39,886 nucleotides of DNA from Candidatus Geohabitans tengchongensis (GTDB lineage Bacteria > Sysuimicrobiota > Sysuimicrobiia > Sysuimicrobiales > Humicultoraceae), in NCBI GenBank assembly GCA_031459625.1, contig JAVKIH010000022.1, positions 1 to 39,886 of the forward strand. Direction: 5' to 3'. Of the stretch, positions 35,803-39,886 are shown piece after piece. Within the stretch, counting starts at the first letter, position 1. Each line of letters starts with the position of its first letter. Below the pieces are notes generated by a model, which saw only the letters and a program-made list of their open reading frames with translations, was not told the origin of the DNA and did no database searches. The position numbers were made by a program, and so were the translations under genes.

Positions 35803-37437
35803 ATGCCCACCGACCTTCAGGCCCTCCTCGACGCCGTCATCGACGCCTTCCTGGCCTTCTATCCGGCCTATGCCGCCGGGTTGGGGCTGCACCAGCACGA
35901 CGGCCAGCCCGGCGACCTCTCCCCGGAAGCCGTGGACGCCCGGGTGCGGGACCTCCGCACCTTCGACCGCCGGCTGGCGGAGGTCGCCCTGGACGCCCTG
36001 AGCCCGCAGCAGCGTCATGAGCTGGCGCTGGTCCACGCCGCCGTGCGCTACGAGCTCTTCGAGTGGACGGAGTGGCGGCAGCACACCTCCAGCCCCATCG
36101 TGGCCAGCTACCCGCTGGACGTGACCCTCTACCTCAAGCGCGACTACGCCCCGCTTGCCGAGCGCGTGCGCGCGCTCACCCGTCACCTGGAGGGGGTGGG
36201 GCCGTACCTGGAGGGGGCGCGTCGCCACCTCACCGAGCCCGTGCCCCGACCACACCTGGAGACCGCGCGGGAGATCTACCGCGGCCACCTCGCCTTCTTC
36301 GAGGAGACGGTGCCGACCGCGGTGCGGGACGTCCCCGAGGAGGTGCGCGGGGCCTGCCTGCGCGCCGCCGCCTCTGCCGCCGCGGCCGTCCGGCGGTTCC
36401 TGGCGTGGCTCGACGAGGTGGCCGCGCCGCGGGCGGTGGACGCCTTCGCCATCGGCGAGACCACCTACCGCCGCATGCTCGAGACCGGAGAGCTGCTCGA
36501 CCTGCCCCTCGACCGCCTGGTGGCGGTCGGGGAAGCGGAGCTGGAGCGGCTCAGCGAGGCGGTGGCGCGCACCGCTGCCGAGCTCGACCCGCACGCCACG
36601 CCGCACGAGGTGCTGCGCCGGCTGGCCCGGGACCACCCGCCGGAGGCGGAGCTGCTGGAGGCCACGCGCCGCACCCTGGAGGAGCTGCGGGCTTTCCTGG
36701 CGGCGCGGGGGATCGTCACGCTCCCGGACGCCCACCCGCGCGTGGAGGAAACGCCGCCCTTCGCCCGCTGGGCCTTCGCCATGATGGACACGGCGGGGCC
36801 CTTCGAGGAGCGGGCCACCGAGTCGTACTACTACGTCACGCCGCCCGACCCGGCCTGGCCGCCCGAGCAGCGGGAGGAGTGGCTCTCGGAGTTCGCCTAC
36901 CATTCGCTGCGGGCCACGAGCATCCACGAGGCCTACCCCGGGCACTTCGTCCACTTCATGCACGTCCGCCGGATCCCCTCGCGCGCGCCCCGCATCTTCA
37001 CCAGCTACGCCTTCGTCGAGGGGTGGGCCCACTACTGCGAGGAGATGATGGCCGAGGTCGGGGTGGATCCCGACCCGCGCTTCCGGCTGGGCGTGCTGAC
37101 CGGAGCGCTCGTGCGGGTGGTCCGCTTCCTGGTCTCCATCGGCATGCACACCCGCGGGATGACCCTGGAGGAGGCCCGCCGCCTCTTTATGGAGCGCGCG
37201 TTCCTGGAGGCGCTGCCGGCGTCCAAGGAAGCGCAGCGCGGCACCTTCGACCCCGGGTACCTGTACTACACGCTGGGGAAGCTCGCGCTGCGCAAGCTGC
37301 GCGAGGACGTGCAGCGGGAGCAGGGGGCGGCCTTCTCGCTGCGTGCCTTCCACGACCGCCTGCTGGCGCTGGGCGCGCCGCCGCTGGCGCTGGCGCGCCG
37401 GGCGCTGCTGGCGCACGACGACGGCCGCCTCCTCTGA
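35803..37437 (+). CDS. DUF885 family protein (putative zinc metallopeptidase)
   Basis: P..A..LGLH.HDG, IHEAYPGH, FVEGWAHYCE, YLYYTLGK, LRAFHDRLLALG..PL. Confidence 0.9.
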   Translation: MPTDLQALLDAVIDAFLAFYPAYAAGLGLHQHDGQPGDLSPEAVDARVRDLRTFDRRLAEVALDALSPQQRHELALVHAAVRYELFEWTEWRQHTSSPIVASYPLDVTLYLKRDYAPLAERVRALTRHLEGVGPYLEGARRHLTEPVPRPHLETAREIYRGHLAFFEETVPTAVRDVPEEVRGACLRAAASAAAAVRRFLAWLDEVAAPRAVDAFAIGETTYRRMLETGELLDLPLDRLVAVGEAELERLSEAVARTAAELDPHATPHEVLRRLARDHPPEAELLEATRRTLEELRAFLAARGIVTLPDAHPRVEETPPFARWAFAMMDTAGPFEERATESYYYVTPPDPAWPPEQREEWLSEFAYHSLRATSIHEAYPGHFVHFMHVRRIPSRAPRIFTSYAFVEGWAHYCEEMMAEVGVDPDPRFRLGVLTGALVRVVRFLVSIGMHTRGMTLEEARRLFMERAFLEALPASKEAQRGTFDPGYLYYTLGKLALRKLREDVQREQGAAFSLRAFHDRLLALGAPPLALARRALLAHDDGRLL

Positions 37438-37533
37438 GGAGGGGGCCCGGGCGACGGTCGGAGCGCGCGGGCCGGAGCGTATGCCCTGCGGGACGCGACG
37501 TGCTGAGACCAGAGCCCGCCCGAGGTGGGACGG

Positions 37534-38234
37534 ATGGAGTTCGGCGTGCAGATCGAGCCGCAGTTCGGGTTCACCTACGAGGCGGTCACCACCATCGCCC
37601 GGGAGGCGGAGCAGGCCGGCTACACCCACCTGTGGGTGACCGACCACTTCTTCCTCACCCCCGCCGAGCCGGACCGCCCGTGCCTGGAGGCCTGGACGCT
37701 GCTGGCCGCCCTCTCCCAGCGCACCACCCGGGTGCGCCTGGGGCCGCTGGTCACCGCCCAGTCCTACCGCCAGCCCAGCCTGCTGGCGGAGATGGCGGCC
37801 ACCGTGGACGTCATGAGCGGCGGCCGGCTGGAGTTCGGGATCGGCACCGGGTGGAAAGAGGCGGAGTACCTGGCCTATGGCTACCCGTTCCCGCCGGCGC
37901 CGGTGCGGGTGGAGCAACTGCAGGACGCGCTGGAGATCGTGCGGGCGATGTGGACGCAGGAGCGCGCCACAGTCCGCGGCCGCCACTACCAGGTGTAGTC
38001 GAAGCGCTGGTGGACGAGCTGCTGCGGGGCCGGGGCCTGTCGCCGGAGGAGACGGCCCGCCGCCTGCGCGGGGGGACGGTGGGCACGCCGGACGCGGTGC
38101 GGGAGCGCCTTGCAGCCTACCAGGCGCTCGGCATCGCCCAGGTCATCTTCCTCTTCCCCTACGGACGGGAGTGGGAGATGCTGGGCCTGCTCGCCGAGGA
38201 AGTCCTGCCCGCCTTCACCACCGCCCGCGCCTAA
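37534..38234 (+). pseudogene. LLM-class (F420-dependent-like) oxidoreductase, internally deleted and frameshifted
   Basis: N-half (LWVTDHF, LEAWTLLAAL, RLGPLVT, SGGRLEFGIGTGW, GRHYQV) stops at 37998. The C-terminal part (GTVGTPDAVRERLAAY..LAEEVLPAF) continues in another frame to 38234. The central PKP..PPI.IGG segment is absent. Confidence 0.8.
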
Positions 38235-38983
38235 CCGGAGGCTTCGCCCCCGTCCGATCCTTCTCCATAGGCCGGAGCCGGAGCCGCCGGGGCAGGCGCC
38301 GCCGACCCCTGTGTGGACTCGCCGGCGGGTCGGGGGGCCGAAGCCCGGCCAGCGGCCGAAGCCCGGGCGGCCGGAGGCCGGGCCGGCGCGCCCGAGGGGG
38401 ACGCCGCCGCAGGGGCCGGAGCGGTCCCCCCGCCGGCCGCCCGTGCCGCCGGCGCCGGCTTCGCCGCCGCCTCGCGCTGGAGTTCGGTCACCCGCGGGGG
38501 CCGCTCCTCCTCCCGGCCCAGGAAGTCCGCCGCCAGCTGGCGACGCAGGAAGGTCTTGATCTCCTCGATCCGCGCCGGCTCCCCGGCCATGGCCTGCTCC
38601 ACGGCCTCCCGGTTGACCCGGTAGCTGACCAGGCGCTGCCCGTCCGAGAGCTGCACGAAGGGATGGTGCTTGGAGTCCTCCAGGACGAGGACTTTGACGT
38701 GCAGCCCCAGGTCGCGTACCACGGGCAGCGCGACGTGCTCGTACACCCAGCGCCGCTTCCCCTCCAGCGCCTGGCCCGGGCTGTCGATGGTGGAGGCCAC
38801 GGTCTTGCCGGGCATGGGCGGCACCGGCGCGGGGCGCTTGCCGGTGGCGGCGGCCCGGCGCTTGGCGATCTGCTCGTTCACCTCGATGGCGAAGTCGACC
38901 AGGGCGGCCAGGAACATGAAGGCGTAGATGATGAACACGGCCAGGGTGAGCGACCAGTAGCGCAGGAAGCCGCTGAGGTCCAC
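38231..38983 (-). CDS. Hypothetical membrane protein with Ala/Pro-rich tail
   Basis: GTG 38983 after GAGGAGG. N-terminal TM (WSLTLAVFIIYAFMFLAALV), globular core, low-complexity C-terminus, typical high-GC3 codon use. Confidence 0.7.
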   Translation of the reverse strand: MDLSGFLRYWSLTLAVFIIYAFMFLAALVDFAIEVNEQIAKRRAAATGKRPAPVPPMPGKTVASTIDSPGQALEGKRRWVYEHVALPVVRDLGLHVKVLVLEDSKHHPFVQLSDGQRLVSYRVNREAVEQAMAGEPARIEEIKTFLRRQLAADFLGREEERPPRVTELQREAAAKPAPAARAAGGGTAPAPAAASPSGAPARPPAARASAAGRASAPRPAGESTQGSAAPAPAAPAPAYGEGSDGGEASG

Positions 38984-39089
38984 GTCCGCCTCCTCTCGAT
39001 CCCGGCCGGGCAGGGCCACCGGCCGGCCGACGCCCGCCGCGGTGGCCTCACGCACGACGGGTGTCCCATCAGTACGCCATTGTAACATC

Positions 39090-39342
39090 GTCCTGACGGT
39101 CCTCCTGGCCGTTCAGACGACATCTCAAACCGCCCTCGTCTACGGAGGGCCGGCGGATCGCCGGTCGGATACCTCCAGCGGTTCTACGCGCTGGTCCGAG
39201 CGGAGCTCCGCCGGTTCCGCGGGCGCGGGTGGCGGGCATGGCCGGGTCCGGCGAGGTCCTGGTGTCCAGCACGGTCGGAGACCTGGTCTCGAGCTCAGGC
39301 ATCGCCTTCGAGGAGCGGCTGTTCACCGACCTCCGCGTTTGA
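39090..39342 (+). pseudogene. Remnant of a class III adenylate/guanylate cyclase domain
   Basis: Three frames give VLTVLLAV...ADRRSD, then LQRFYALVRAELRRFRGR (39173-39226), then ARVAGMAGSGEVLVSSTVGDLVSSSGIAFEER (39223-, stop 39340). These match the N- and C-terminal parts of LipJ-type cyclase domains with the core missing. Confidence 0.75.
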
Positions 39343-39455
39343 ACGACCGCCGTCAGCCCCCGGCCGGCCGGGCCGCCCGGCCCGCAGCCACCTGCTCTCT
39401 GATCCAGCCGGGGGCCCGCACGGGCACAAGCAGCGGGATGAGGGGCACAGCTCTG

Positions 39456-39492
39456 TAGAGGCTATATCTGTAGAAGCCATAGAGGCTATAAT
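39456..39492 (+). promoter_or_regulatory. AT-rich direct repeats with perfect TATAAT upstream of ku
   Basis: TAGAGGCTATA 39456, TAGAAGCCATA 39471, TAGAGGCTATA 39480. TATAAT at 39487-39492. Confidence 0.55.
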
Positions 39493-39565
39493 GGAAAATT
39501 AGTCTGTGCAGTGGACCGCGACGCCACGCGGGCTCGATCCGGTGTCGCAGGAAGGGGGCTCGAGC

Positions 39566-39886
39566 ATGCCTCGGCCCATCTGGAAAGGCTACCTGACCTT
39601 CGGGCTGGTCACCATCCCGGTGAAGCTCTACACAGCGGAGGATCCCAAGGACCTCCACTTCCGCCTGCTCCACAAGACCTGTGGGACCCCTATTCAGAAC
39701 CGCCGCTGGTGCCCCTACCACGAAGCCATCGTCCCCTACGAGGACATCGTGCGGGGTTACGAGTACGCGCGCGGCAAGTTCGTCACCCTCACCGACGAGG
39801 AGCTGGAGCGGGTGCCCCTCGAGACCGCCCAGACGGTGAACATCGCCGAGTTCGTCAACCTGGAGGAGATCGACCCCATCTTCTAC
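39566..39886 (+). CDS. ku: Non-homologous end joining protein Ku, 3'-truncated by window edge
   Basis: MPRPIWKGYLTFGLVTIPVKLYTA..LHFRLLHKTCGTPI..RWCP..EDIVRGYEY..FVTLTDEEL..FVNLEEIDPIFY. Absent from the ORF track because it has no stop within the window. Confidence 0.95.
   Translation, partial: MPRPIWKGYLTFGLVTIPVKLYTAEDPKDLHFRLLHKTCGTPIQNRRWCPYHEAIVPYEDIVRGYEYARGKFVTLTDEELERVPLETAQTVNIAEFVNLEEIDPIFY

Noticed and set aside
39353..39721. Minus-strand ORF with Tyr-rich YSLYGFYRYSLY as a leader peptide
   Set aside because: Antisense to ku with no plausible start or SD near the repeat. The Tyr pattern is a by-product of the DNA repeat.

Overview
A very GC-rich, gene-dense bacterial chromosomal segment. 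I saw no integrase, transposase, phage genes or CRISPR array. From left to right: the 3' end of a GH88 unsaturated glucuronyl hydrolase; a branched-chain-amino-acid-type ABC transporter with a fused LivG-LivF ATPase; an M20 amidohydrolase; tRNA-Arg(TCT). Next is a 13-kb minus-strand block with two tandem paralogous type IV minor-pilin cassettes (pilV-pilW-giant pilX-like), a FimT-like pilin, and MoxR-DUF58-VWA-VWA-S41 protease. The right half holds a ylbE/VOC/cyclase/SLC13 cluster, a mntA-hepT toxin-antitoxin pair, an eRF1-like protein, two cupredoxins, a Tat-exported cyclase, a NEW3-domain ABC module, thrC, pcm, tRNA-Pro(TGG), a DUF885 protein, two internally deleted pseudogenes (LLM oxidoreductase and class III nucleotide cyclase) and the 5' end of ku. 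The most notable signals are two c-di-GMP-I (GEMM) riboswitches that the ORF track cannot show. One heads the first pilin cassette, while the second cassette lies behind its own near-consensus sigma70 promoter, suggesting c-di-GMP-dependent choice between alternative pilus tip complexes. The other riboswitch precedes an unannotated 49-aa membrane protein. All family calls come from motif recognition by eye, not database searches.
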